The position numbers and the translations under genes were made by a program. This document shows, piece after piece, positions 27,115-35,964 of a stretch of DNA of 64,000 nucleotides (the stretch's first letter is position 1; each line of letters starts with the position of its first letter). The DNA comes from a virus, in the IMG/VR virus record IMGVR_UViG_3300015371_000016, positions 13,128 through 77,127 of that record; one strand, given 5' to 3'. The notes beneath the pieces were generated by a model that was not told the origin of the DNA, made no database searches, and was given only the letters and a program-made list of their open reading frames with translations.

Positions 27115-28227
27115 CTATTTAATCAGCGCCTTGGCGACATCGCGGTCTTCCATGATCGGTCCGCAATAGGAGAAGATGGCGGAAGGTCTGCCGCCAAACG
27201 CGCCGCGTGGCACCGCTTCGGCCATGGACGGTTCGAGATTCTTCTTGGTCATTCCGGGCTTCTGTTCGAGCCGCCAGCGTGGTGATTTATCGAAGGCCCG
27301 CGTGATCGCCGGATGACTGCTGGGCGTCCGGTATCTGTAGCCGCAAGCACGAAAGGCGGAGGCCACGGTGTCTGTCAGGGCGAAGGCCAGACCGAGGCCC
27401 TGGAAGTCGGGTAGGGTGACCATGCGGGAGCCACGATACAGATCGTCGGCCTTCTGGTGCGGCTGGTGCAGCACAGCGAGGAACGACGCCGGCCGACCAT
27501 TTGCACAGAGAACGAAGCATTTGGCGGCCTGATGCAGCGACGAGTTCAGATAGTGAAAGCGAGCGAAGGTGTGCCATACTTGATGGGCAACACGATTGAC
27601 TGTGCACGGGATGTCAGGTCTTCGTTGAACCGACCTCCAGCGGAAGGTCATGGTGGCCGGCTCCAATACCCAGTCCGGCTGCAACCAGTCTTCCAGATCG
27701 TAGTGACAGGTGGCGGCTACGAATTTCTTGCCCTGCCGCCTGATATATTTCTGCACCGCGTGCGCGCCGATCTGTGCGACCTGACGATCGACCACCGAAG
27801 TGAATTCGTCGCAGACAATATTGTCGTCCGATTGCAGCAGTCGCCGACCGAGGTCAACGCGGAAGCGCTCACCGTTTGACAGCACACCGTAGGGCCTCAG
27901 CCACGCTGGAATTGTATTGAAGCCGACCGCTTGGCAAATGCCGGTTATATCTTCGATGGAATATTCGCTAGGGAAGTCATCGATCACCGAAGCAGCATGC
28001 CATTCGAACTGGCGCGGTGCGCCGAAGCAGCGATTGAGTATCGTGCTCTTGCCTGATCCCGAAGGCCCGACGATCAGTCCGATATTCCAGTCCCTGTCCT
28101 CGATGGGTAGGTTTCCGTGCCATTCGATGTGTGCTCGTTCGCTAGGCGGCACATCGAACATCGAGGAGACCTGAGCGACCCGGATGCTGTCGCTTATCGG
28201 CGTGTCAACGGCGATATCTATTTCCAT
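27115..28227 (-). CDS. ABC-type ATPase fused to GNAT-like acetyltransferase
   Basis: GPSGSGKST, LSNGERFR, CDEFTS, ATCH; C-terminal RMVTLPDFQGLGLA acetyl-CoA motif. Confidence 0.88.
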   Translation of the reverse strand: MEIDIAVDTPISDSIRVAQVSSMFDVPPSERAHIEWHGNLPIEDRDWNIGLIVGPSGSGKSTILNRCFGAPRQFEWHAASVIDDFPSEYSIEDITGICQAVGFNTIPAWLRPYGVLSNGERFRVDLGRRLLQSDDNIVCDEFTSVVDRQVAQIGAHAVQKYIRRQGKKFVAATCHYDLEDWLQPDWVLEPATMTFRWRSVQRRPDIPCTVNRVAHQVWHTFARFHYLNSSLHQAAKCFVLCANGRPASFLAVLHQPHQKADDLYRGSRMVTLPDFQGLGLAFALTDTVASAFRACGYRYRTPSSHPAITRAFDKSPRWRLEQKPGMTKKNLEPSMAEAVPRGAFGGRPSAIFSYCGPIMEDRDVAKALIK

Positions 28228-28232
28228 GGCGT

Positions 28233-28820
28233 TCAGAGAATTAACGGTCGGGCCGGTAATTTACGATCTCGCATCTCTTGCAGCAATTGCGCTTGATGGA
28301 CTTCACCCTCACATTCGATGATCACCTGATATTTCAATCCGCTAGTGAGCTTCGACTCTGCTTGCTGTGTCGTGCCGAGCAGACCTTCGAGCTGCACATC
28401 GGAAAAGCCCGTCAGTCCTAGATCGAAGCCATCGAGCGATAGATCACGGACTTCGAGCTGAAGAAGCTCCCGATCCCAGGCGGCGTCCTCGGCGATGCGA
28501 TTGTCCGCCAGGGCATATGCGCGCTGCTCTGTTTTGGTCAGATGGGAAAGGTCCACGGTGGGCGCCATCGAGGCATCAGCGTTATTAGCGATCGGCTCCT
28601 TGTCCTCTGCCATGGCGACGGCGGCAGCATATCGAGCATGGCCCGCGATGATTTTGCGTCCGCTTCCGATCAGAATGGGATTCGTCCATCCGTAGCGCGC
28701 AAGCGACGCCCTGATCTTCTTTATCTGTTCGCTACCGTGGCGACGTGCATTGCGCTTGTCTGGCACGAGGTCGCGCAACGGCAGGGATTGTATATGCAGA
28801 TGATCGATCATTCGCACCAT
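28233..28820 (-). CDS. ParB/Srx-like N-terminal domain protein
   Basis: NARRH..QIKKIRASL..YGWTNPIL..IIAGHAR..RAYALADNR. Confidence 0.88.
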   Translation of the reverse strand: MVRMIDHLHIQSLPLRDLVPDKRNARRHGSEQIKKIRASLARYGWTNPILIGSGRKIIAGHARYAAAVAMAEDKEPIANNADASMAPTVDLSHLTKTEQRAYALADNRIAEDAAWDRELLQLEVRDLSLDGFDLGLTGFSDVQLEGLLGTTQQAESKLTSGLKYQVIIECEGEVHQAQLLQEMRDRKLPARPLIL

Positions 28821-28925
28821 ATTTCGCTGGGCAATCGTTTGGCTAGCCAAAGGCAGCGTGCGGCTCGTTCGGCTAGCCGAAGACACGCTTGGGAACTCAT
28901 TGATTTTGTTCGCTATTTATTCGGA

Positions 28926-28953
28926 TTGACACTCCTAGCCCGTGTCCTACGCT
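28926..28953 (+). promoter_or_regulatory. Sigma70-type promoter for the early cluster
   Basis: TTGACA-16 nt-TACGCT with AT-rich upstream tract. Confidence 0.5.
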
Positions 28954-29380
28954 TTTATTTACGTTCTTTGACAGATGCATCCGAACAGCGCAGCGCTTCG
29001 ATCGATCGATCGCGGCCCGTGTGCGGGAAACGTCTCGATGACGAATCCGCATAGCAACACGTCTCAATGACGACGCTAATACACGATACCGTTGCGCAAT
29101 CTATGCTGTTCGATTCTGTCCGCTCTTTCGCTGTCGGTGTATACGCTTCTGTTTACCACATCACTGTGAGGGTCTGCCGTTTCGGGGCCGCCCGGATGGG
29201 CCACATGATGTCCGAACAGAGGGTATATACGATCAGGGCGCATCGCGCGCTATGCAGATCAGCACGATACACAATTGAATCAGCAGCCCTACTCTACCCC
29301 AGCGCATAAGCACGGGATGGGTAGGACTTGGTGTGTTCCTCCTCTGGAAAGCGCGTGTAGCCCATTAGGGCGGGATTGCG

Positions 29381-29457
29381 CGCTTGTAATGCAGCAGGAC
29401 CGGTCCCAAGCCCGGCGCCGCAGGGTTTCCCCCCCAAGCGGAATGCAGAGGGAAACG
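29381..29457 (+). ncRNA. Twister ribozyme 1
   Basis: UAA-UGCA-GC..CCGGUCCCAAGCCCGG..(P5 insert)..AAUGCA-GAGGG; P1 weak. Confidence 0.75.
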
Positions 29458-29531
29458 AACCAAACTTGCGGCGGGCGCTCCGGCGTCCGTCGCTCTTTTT
29501 CCTGAAGAGACCCACAGAGGAGCACCGCTTT

Positions 29532-29798
29532 ATGAAGGGAATAATTCCGTATGCCCACGACAATATCCGCGGGAGTCGCGACCAGCCATGCGGGTTCGTC
29601 TATCTAGCGGAAAACGGTCACGGCATCGGACGCATCGGCTACGCTTACACGTCGTCTCTAGAGATTTTCAACTGCAAGGAAACTCCCAACGGAGTCAATA
29701 TCGACGTGCTCCATCGTGTCCGTAGATATATCAAGCAGCAGTTTCCGCATTTGCCGAGAGAGCGTGACTTTATGACGCAGTTACGGGATCAACCCTGA
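29532..29798 (+). CDS. Hypothetical early protein
   Basis: ACAGAGGAG leader then ATG. Confidence 0.6.
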   Translation: MKGIIPYAHDNIRGSRDQPCGFVYLAENGHGIGRIGYAYTSSLEIFNCKETPNGVNIDVLHRVRRYIKQQFPHLPRERDFMTQLRDQP

Positions 29799-29828
29799 CG
29801 ACACCAGCGCGCTGTGACAGCGGCGCGC

Positions 29829-29878
29829 GCGGTCTGCGGATACTCTCCGCACTGAAGAGGCCACGAGGCCGAAACCGC
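29829..29878 (+). ncRNA. Hammerhead ribozyme, type III
   Basis: GCGGUC^ stem I UGCGGA/UCCGCA, CUGAAGA, stem II GGCC/GGCC, GAAA-CCGC; predicted cleavage after 29834. Confidence 0.85.
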
Positions 29879-29902
29879 ACAGTGCATACAGAGGAACACC
29901 AA

Positions 29903-30166
29903 ATGTCGAAGATCATGGACCTACCGCAGGCAGTCAAGCGCGGATATCTACTGGCATGCCGGCCTCAAGGAGTCACACGAGCGCAGCTTACCAGTGAACT
30001 CGACAGCCAAATCGGCTGGAAGCGATATCTTGAGCGTATGGCAAAGTCAGACGCGCGCAGGCTTCTCAAGCCAAAGAAAAGCGACGACGGCTCCGTTCTA
30101 TACCGTGTTGTTGGTCACAAAGCCGCAGCAAGCAGGGTCGGAGTAATGCGAAAGGTGGCTCGATAA
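29903..30166 (+). CDS. Small wHTH-like (DUF3489-like) protein
   Basis: RPQGVTRAQL..IGWKRYL..VLYRV. Confidence 0.55.
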   Translation: MSKIMDLPQAVKRGYLLACRPQGVTRAQLTSELDSQIGWKRYLERMAKSDARRLLKPKKSDDGSVLYRVVGHKAAASRVGVMRKVAR

Positions 30167-30196
30167 TCTTGGAATACAAAAAGGGAAACGGGCACT

Positions 30197-30712
30197 ATGT
30201 CCTCGTCGCACTTTAGAAGCATGAACCAGCTTCGGTCAATGAATTGGGATAGCAAAGAGGCCGCAATCAAGGAACTTAAGCGCAATGGCTTTGCTCCTCA
30301 CGGAGAAGACTACACCATTGCCGAAGTTTCGGACGGTCATTACCAGATCGTTGATCGTGCTAATTCGTCAGACGGCCACCAACAAGCAGCACGTAAAGAG
30401 CCGACAAAGAAAGCGGCCCCTTCTTCAAAGAAGGAAGTCGCGAAGAAGGAAGTCGCGAAGAAGGAAGCTCCGAAGAAGCAAGCGGAGCCTTCTTCTAAGA
30501 AGGGACCAGCTCCTCGCCAAATGTCCGCGTGGACCAAGCAAGCGCTGGAGATGGCAAAGAGCCCAAACGGAGCTAAGCGTGCTAAGCTTAACGAGCTTCG
30601 TGCCAATATCGGCTGGAAATCCTATCTAGCTCGCATTGGCAAAAAAGATGGTCTCGTGATGGTCGTCACTAAAGACGACGAAGGATTAGTCTACGCTCTA
30701 GTAAAGCGGTGA
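30197..30712 (+). CDS. Lys/Ala-rich linker protein with DUF3489-like C-terminal domain
   Basis: KKEVA repeats; SPNGAKRAKL..IGWKSYL..LVYAL. Confidence 0.6.
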   Translation: MSSSHFRSMNQLRSMNWDSKEAAIKELKRNGFAPHGEDYTIAEVSDGHYQIVDRANSSDGHQQAARKEPTKKAAPSSKKEVAKKEVAKKEAPKKQAEPSSKKGPAPRQMSAWTKQALEMAKSPNGAKRAKLNELRANIGWKSYLARIGKKDGLVMVVTKDDEGLVYALVKR

Positions 30713-30716
30713 TTTT

Positions 30717-30790
30717 TGTCGAAACACACGAGCGCCGAAGCGTTCGTGTGTCGCTGGGAGATGCCCTACCCAGCCTGAAGAGACAGGGCA
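30717..30790 (+). ncRNA. Hammerhead ribozyme, type II
   Basis: UGUC-GAAA, stem III CACACGA/UCGUGUG, UC^, stem I GCUGGG/CCCAGC, CUGAAGA-GACA; loop UGCCC can pair with 3' GGGCA; predicted cleavage after 30752. Confidence 0.88.
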
Positions 30791-30807
30791 CTACAGAGGA
30801 ACACCAC

Positions 30808-31101
30808 ATGACAAAGACAAACCCCAATAGACACCGAGCGGCCTTGTCCTATATCGAGGCGGTTAACGACCAGTTGCTCGATCTAGTGGCGCCGATCGAA
30901 TGCTTGAGTAGCTTCGAAGCCGTGTCACCAGACGAGCTGGAGGCGCTGAAGAAGTGCACCAGCGATCTTCTATCGGTCGTGACCATCCTTCGCTCTGTCC
31001 AGAGCTATCACGAGCGCAAGCAACGCGCCTCCTCGATAGTCGTCACCACTTCGTCGCAGGATATAGCGCGGGAGCGGCGAACGCGAGCCGGAGGAAGATG
31101 A
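30808..31101 (+). CDS. Hypothetical early protein
   Basis: ACAGAGGAAC leader then ATG. Confidence 0.55.
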   Translation: MTKTNPNRHRAALSYIEAVNDQLLDLVAPIECLSSFEAVSPDELEALKKCTSDLLSVVTILRSVQSYHERKQRASSIVVTTSSQDIARERRTRAGGR

Positions 31102-31638
31102 TCCCGTATTTGCTTGTATTCTGGTTCCTCTTGCCTGTGTCACAGGCAGGAGACCCGCCTGTAAGCGAAACAATGATCATCGAGATGTCGTCTAAGGAGC
31201 AGTGCGAACGTGCACAACGAGAACTGAACAAGCGTGAAGACTGTGTGGCGGTATGCCACAAGGTCCGCTCGTGAGATGGTTCACTCTGTGCAGCGTAATG
31301 GCGTGGACGATCAGCCTGACCTTCCAGCCCATTAAGCTAATCGCTGCACAGCTCGCGGCGCTGTCTGTTATGTTTATTGTTGGAACGAGACCGATCATGG
31401 GACCGGCGCACGAATTCCGCCGCGCCCTCAGAGAGGGAGTTAATGATGTCTCACGTATGCTCCTCAGAGCACGAACCGCGGTGGCTGATCGATGCTCGTG
31501 GAATAGAGTGCTGTCTGGTGTGCGATCTCTGCGAAGCGGAGAAGCGAAGGCAATACCGCCCGGAGATATTCACTGATCCTGACTATGATCACTATGAAGA
31601 ACTCTAGCGATTCAGGAAGCGGGGCTTCGGCCCCGCTG

Positions 31639-31700
31639 GCTTAATGCAGGAGTGCCGGTCGCAACCCCGGCCACCGCATCGTGCGGGATGCAGAGCGAGC
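31639..31700 (+). ncRNA. Twister ribozyme 2
   Basis: GCU-UAA-UGCA-GG..CCGGUCGCAACCCCGG..AUGCA-GAGCG-AGC; compensatory changes in both pseudoknots. Confidence 0.85.
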
Positions 31701-31714
31701 ACAGAGGAGCACCA

Positions 31715-32194
31715 ATGGCTAGAGCAATCGTGATCGATGCCGAGAAGCGCGAGCTGCGCTATATCGAGATACCAGACGGGTCCAATAGCCTTCCTATACT
31801 GCGCGACATTGTCGATGGATGGATCAGCGTCGCATATACGTGGAACGACAAGGATGTACTTTATGTGGATGACGAAGGACTAATGAAAGGCCGAGAGCAT
31901 TACTTCCGACTTTTCGATCGCACTGATGGCCAACCACTCGCGGGCAATGGCGTTATCCTCGGTGAGGAAGTGATCGACGAAGAAGGCGACTTCGTGAATT
32001 ACCTCGACACGCGACTGACCATCGAATTCCTTTCTAGTCGCGTTCAATTCTTGACTAAGCAACAAGCAATCGCGTGGTTCAAAGGCAACGCTTCAGAGCC
32101 GATGATCACGGTCACCACGATTGATGCTGACAAGATCAAAACCGAAGTCATCGCCCGATATGCGATTTTGATTCCCGAAGATGACGATGATTGA
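31715..32194 (+). CDS. DUF3846-like protein
   Basis: L.DIVDGWI, LYVDDEGL, PLAGNGVILG motifs. Confidence 0.7.
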   Translation: MARAIVIDAEKRELRYIEIPDGSNSLPILRDIVDGWISVAYTWNDKDVLYVDDEGLMKGREHYFRLFDRTDGQPLAGNGVILGEEVIDEEGDFVNYLDTRLTIEFLSSRVQFLTKQQAIAWFKGNASEPMITVTTIDADKIKTEVIARYAILIPEDDDD

Positions 32195-32221
32195 GAATCT
32201 ACCGCGCCGCTTCGGTGGTGC

Positions 32222-32276
32222 GGACTTAATGCAGCCAACGGCGGTTCCAAGCCCGCGTGTAATGCAGAGGAAGCCC
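32222..32276 (+). ncRNA. Twister ribozyme 3
   Basis: UAA-UGCA-GC..GCGGUUCCAAGCCCGC..AAUGCA-GAGGA; T1 covaries UCC/GGA. Confidence 0.85.
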
Positions 32277-32295
32277 CTTACAGAGGAAACACCAC

Positions 32296-32532
32296 ATGAA
32301 GGAAGACTTACTGCAAGCTTCCGCTCGTAGAAAAGCGGCGGCCATGGAGCTGTTCAACAGTCCACGTGGTCGATATCTACTAGGACAGGCCCTAGCGCTT
32401 GCCGTCAAAAGCATGCGCTCCGAACGCTATCCGGAGACCTCGAACATCGCGGACATGGAGCTGCTCGGCAACGAGATATTCGCGTTCGGCTATCGCCTAG
32501 AACTAGTGAAAGGGACACGCGCAACATGCTGA
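32296..32532 (+). CDS. Hypothetical early protein
   Basis: ACAGAGGA leader then ATG. Confidence 0.6.
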   Translation: MKEDLLQASARRKAAAMELFNSPRGRYLLGQALALAVKSMRSERYPETSNIADMELLGNEIFAFGYRLELVKGTRATC

Positions 32533-32948
32533 TCATGTACCACTCGATGGATATCACTGATCTCGCACTAGCTGCTGCCCTTACCGGCGGCCCTAATCCT
32601 AATAGGGCCTATCTCGCCTACGATCTATTCCTCAAAGGCTACTACGAAGCGGTCGCCGGCACTAACGCTGAGCCGAACTTTATCGGTCAACTGAAGCTGC
32701 TTAAGATCACACAAAACAAGCGAGGCAAGTCCTGGTCTCGCTATCGTCACAAGAGCCTTCTGGTCAACGATCCGGTGCGCGCTGTGCTCGGCATACGAGA
32801 ATCACAAACAGGCGACGTGATCGAGGAACAGAACAGTCGGGGCGTCATCAAGATGCGCTGGGTAGTCGATCTGATCAAAGCACCCGAAGACGATCCTGTT
32901 TCGTGGATGGTCGGCTTCACGCCGATGCCCGGAGACTATTCCCACTGA
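32526..32948 (+). CDS. Hypothetical protein
   Basis: 140 aa, coupled to upstream gene. Confidence 0.55.
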   Translation: MLIMYHSMDITDLALAAALTGGPNPNRAYLAYDLFLKGYYEAVAGTNAEPNFIGQLKLLKITQNKRGKSWSRYRHKSLLVNDPVRAVLGIRESQTGDVIEEQNSRGVIKMRWVVDLIKAPEDDPVSWMVGFTPMPGDYSH

Positions 32949-32975
32949 TTGAAGTCGGCGGGATTCCTTCTCGCC

Positions 32976-33033
32976 GATTTAATGCGGCCACCCATAGGGT
33001 GTCGGTCCCAAGCCCGGACAAACGCAGAGGGTC
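32976..33033 (+). ncRNA. Twister ribozyme 4
   Basis: UAA-UGCG-GC, P3 CACCC/GGGUG, CGGUCCCAAGCCCG, AAACGCA-GAGGG; P2 covaries UGCG/CGCA. Confidence 0.85.
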
Positions 33034-33057
33034 CTTCCATACAGAGGAAACATCACT

Positions 33058-33393
33058 ATGCCGAGACGACCTAGAAAGAAGGAGGCGGCTAACGGCGCTT
33101 CTAAAAACGGGGAAACCAGATGGCAAGGCCATGATCCGGTTTTCTTCCATCGACAGCAAGTCAAAGTCGGCGTGCGCTTTGTGAATTTCGGCCGAATGGA
33201 TCACGGCTCGATTTGGGAAGTAATTCAGATTTACACCCACGTCGTGCTGGCGAGCGGCAACATACGTCGCTCGCAGGTCGAACAAGTGGAGCGACTGTCG
33301 GATGACGTTCTGATACGCAGGCAAGGCCGCAATGATCCGCGTCGCTGCAAATTTTCGACGCTCTCTTACTCAGCTATCTGGAGGATATCGTGA
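33058..33393 (+). CDS. Hypothetical early protein
   Basis: ACAGAGGA leader then ATG. Confidence 0.6.
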   Translation: MPRRPRKKEAANGASKNGETRWQGHDPVFFHRQQVKVGVRFVNFGRMDHGSIWEVIQIYTHVVLASGNIRRSQVEQVERLSDDVLIRRQGRNDPRRCKFSTLSYSAIWRIS

Positions 33394-33845
33394 GCCGTTC
33401 ACGCGAGACTTTCGACGTATGGTGCGCCGTGCGAGTCGAAGCTGATGCCGGCACTAGACTTGAGATCGTCAGGAACGAAAAAGGAGATTGGGTTTGCCTC
33501 GGCGCAGCCCCGGTCAATAAGACCCTCGCTCTTCCGGCTCCAAATGCCAAGTCTCAAGGCGCCGAGTTGACCAAGAAACTCCTAGGTGAGCGCAGCAAAC
33601 GCTACAAACCCGGGAATCATCCACTAGATGAAGCAATCTTGGCTGCTATATCAAAGCCGATCGATGCCCAGCATATTCGTGAAGCTTTGGGAATAGCCCC
33701 AGAAAATCCGCTAGCTAAATGTTTGACTCGCAGAGTCGCCAAACTAAAGAGCGAAAAGCTTATAAGGGTTTTCCCTCCTGACAGCCATGTTATGTGGCCT
33801 CGATACGTTCGAGCGTCCAACACCAACCTAAAAGTGGTAGCCTGA
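33390..33845 (+). CDS. Hypothetical protein with C-terminal wHTH-like region
   Basis: GTGA overlap with upstream gene; AILAAIS.PIDAQHIREALG pattern. Confidence 0.5.
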   Translation: MSRSRETFDVWCAVRVEADAGTRLEIVRNEKGDWVCLGAAPVNKTLALPAPNAKSQGAELTKKLLGERSKRYKPGNHPLDEAILAAISKPIDAQHIREALGIAPENPLAKCLTRRVAKLKSEKLIRVFPPDSHVMWPRYVRASNTNLKVVA

Positions 33846-33914
33846 CTAGACGGAAGCGGCTCGCTGTGGCGCGCCGTTTTCGCCCCGTCAGGGGAAACAG
33901 AGGAGCACCAATCT

Positions 33915-34229
33915 ATGAAAACAGCGATTTTGGCTGCTGTCGCTATAGCTATGACCTCACTGCCGGCGCTGGCAAGGTATGATGGCCACCTAAGAACTAA
34001 CTGCCGAGACCCTGCTGTTCTGGAAACGGTTCGTCTCGGTATCGCTAGGCGAGTGAGTCCTGTGTTCCTGCAAGCGTCCTGGCAGAATGTATTTACATTC
34101 CCGAACCCAGGCGGCTGGGACGGCCTAGAATGCTACGGCACACTGAATGCCGGCTCCACCTTTAGAGTCGTTTACTTCGGCAACGTGGAGATCGGCGGCC
34201 AAGAATACATTTCCTGGAGGGCTCGCTGA
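33915..34229 (+). CDS. Secreted/periplasmic protein with signal peptide
   Basis: MKTAILAAVAIAMTSLPALA; two Cys. Confidence 0.65.
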   Translation: MKTAILAAVAIAMTSLPALARYDGHLRTNCRDPAVLETVRLGIARRVSPVFLQASWQNVFTFPNPGGWDGLECYGTLNAGSTFRVVYFGNVEIGGQEYISWRAR

Positions 34230-34318
34230 TCTGACCTGGACGCAGGCTGCTCACTCGCGGGTGCGCAGTCTGCGCCTCGGCCAGAATAGTCTGACTGAGG
34301 AATACAGAGGAACACCAA

Positions 34319-35251
34319 ATGACTGCACGAAACTGGATCGGCGGCAGGAATGGCAACCAAGCCTCTTCTGCTGCCAACTGGTCTCCTACTGGCGCACCGC
34401 TATCGGGCGACACGCTGACGATCGATCACGGCACGATGCAAGTCACTGGCAGCGCGCTCGGAAACGACGATCTGCACGTGACGGGCAATGCGACGGTCAG
34501 TTTTCACCAGAGCTACGGCGATCATCTGATCATCGGCGTGCCTGGACCGACCAAGCTGAACGCGACGGTCAACCTATCGAATTCTGCCGTCGCGATCAAT
34601 CAAGGCTGGGATAATCTGAAGATCAATGCCGCCGGCACCAACTGGCTCGCTCTGTCTAGCTATCCCGGCTACAGAGCGACCAACGGATCGGTGACGATCA
34701 AGAATTCAGGAACCCTAGTCGGGAGCGTCGGCGGCCTAGGCACGAGCGTGCGGATCGATGGCGGGACGTTCTACAATCAGGACTCCCATGTCGGTCTGGA
34801 CGGCGGATCGTTCGTGATCAACTCCAAAGTCGCGGGAGACGGCTCCTGGACTCTGGGCACGTATCACGCACCGTATGCCAAGCTCGAATTCATGCAATCG
34901 GTCAGCTCAGAGCAGACGATAAACCTGGAAAGCGGTGTGGGATACGGGCTCCTACAGATCGACCAGCCATCTACCTTCCGGGCCAAAATCGGGTGGGCGA
35001 GTGAGCAAGCGATCGTCGATCTGAATAAGCTCGCCGCCGATAGCTACAAATATGATGCCTCGGCCGGTGCGCTCGACTTCTTCAGCGGCAACCGGATGAT
35101 CTATCAGCTCCACGTCGAGAAAACGTCGCCCTACGTCGGAACTTACGCGGTCGCCAAAGGAACCTCGACCGGCGGTGCCGGCGTGGAACTCTATTCCAAG
35201 GACTTCGCGTGGAAGCTTCCGCACGGCGCTGATCTGCCAGTGCACACCTAA
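34319..35251 (+). CDS. Beta-rich, autotransporter-passenger-like protein
   Basis: WIGG..ASSAANWSPTGAP.SGD.L.I N-terminus; Gly/Ser/Asn/Thr-rich. Confidence 0.6.
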   Translation: MTARNWIGGRNGNQASSAANWSPTGAPLSGDTLTIDHGTMQVTGSALGNDDLHVTGNATVSFHQSYGDHLIIGVPGPTKLNATVNLSNSAVAINQGWDNLKINAAGTNWLALSSYPGYRATNGSVTIKNSGTLVGSVGGLGTSVRIDGGTFYNQDSHVGLDGGSFVINSKVAGDGSWTLGTYHAPYAKLEFMQSVSSEQTINLESGVGYGLLQIDQPSTFRAKIGWASEQAIVDLNKLAADSYKYDASAGALDFFSGNRMIYQLHVEKTSPYVGTYAVAKGTSTGGAGVELYSKDFAWKLPHGADLPVHT

Positions 35252-35283
35252 CACTACCCGCACCGTGTCGGGGTCGGTGCGGG

Positions 35284-35341
35284 GCTTAATGCAGCAGAGC
35301 TGGTCCCAAGCCCAGCGCCCTACAGGGAATGCAGAGGGAGC
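35284..35341 (+). ncRNA. Twister ribozyme 5
   Basis: GCU-UAA-UGCA-GC..GCUGGUCCCAAGCCCAGC, P5 CCCU/AGGG, AAUGCA-GAGGG-AGC. Confidence 0.88.
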
Positions 35342-35360
35342 AACAGAGGAACATCATCAC

Positions 35361-35555
35361 ATGACTAGCTATGAGATCATGCGGGCAGCGCTCGCGCTGC
35401 TCATGCACGTCACCAATCCGAACAATCCACACTGTCTCGACGATCTGCATAAATGGCAGGACTTTCTGCGCAGCAAATACGCTGAGCAGTGTGAGATGGA
35501 TCGCAATTGCTCATTATGGCTGGAGCACGGCGATCTAATGTGCCGACCACTATAA
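35361..35555 (+). CDS. Hypothetical early protein
   Basis: ACAGAGGA leader then ATG. Confidence 0.5.
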   Translation: MTSYEIMRAALALLMHVTNPNNPHCLDDLHKWQDFLRSKYAEQCEMDRNCSLWLEHGDLMCRPL

Positions 35556-35565
35556 AGGAACAGAA

Positions 35566-35805
35566 ATGGATATTCTCAGCACATTCGGTCTCGTCGTGAC
35601 ATTCGCGACTTTAGCATACTCCATTTTTCAGATGATCCAAATCAGGAAACAGCGCCGTCAAGCTGAGGCGTTAAACCGTCTTCTGATGATACTGGCCGCC
35701 CAGTCATTCATGAACCAGCCCCTGCCGATATGGATCGCGTGGTCGCTAATGACTGGCCTTCGTTTTCATCTGGAAATCGAGAAGAAGGAGGCTGAGAACT
35801 CTTGA
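35566..35805 (+). CDS. Small membrane protein
   Basis: AAGGA RBS; N-terminal TM helix. Confidence 0.55.
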   Translation: MDILSTFGLVVTFATLAYSIFQMIQIRKQRRQAEALNRLLMILAAQSFMNQPLPIWIAWSLMTGLRFHLEIEKKEAENS

Positions 35806-35964
35806 CTAAGGGAGCGCGCTTAGCGTGGCTCTCTTAGCCTGGAGTTCACCCAGGTAACCCCTGACCAGCGGGCCGACCTACCGGCCAACGACACATGGTT
35901 ACGCGGTCTCGGTTGTGGACACTGGTCGGGCCGAGACCAATTTCCTGCAAGCAGAGGACACACA

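Noticed and set aside
29440-29515. Third hammerhead (GAAAC ... CTGAAGAGAC)
   Set aside because: Could not form stems II and III around the core; the hairpin plus T-run looks more like a terminator or attenuator
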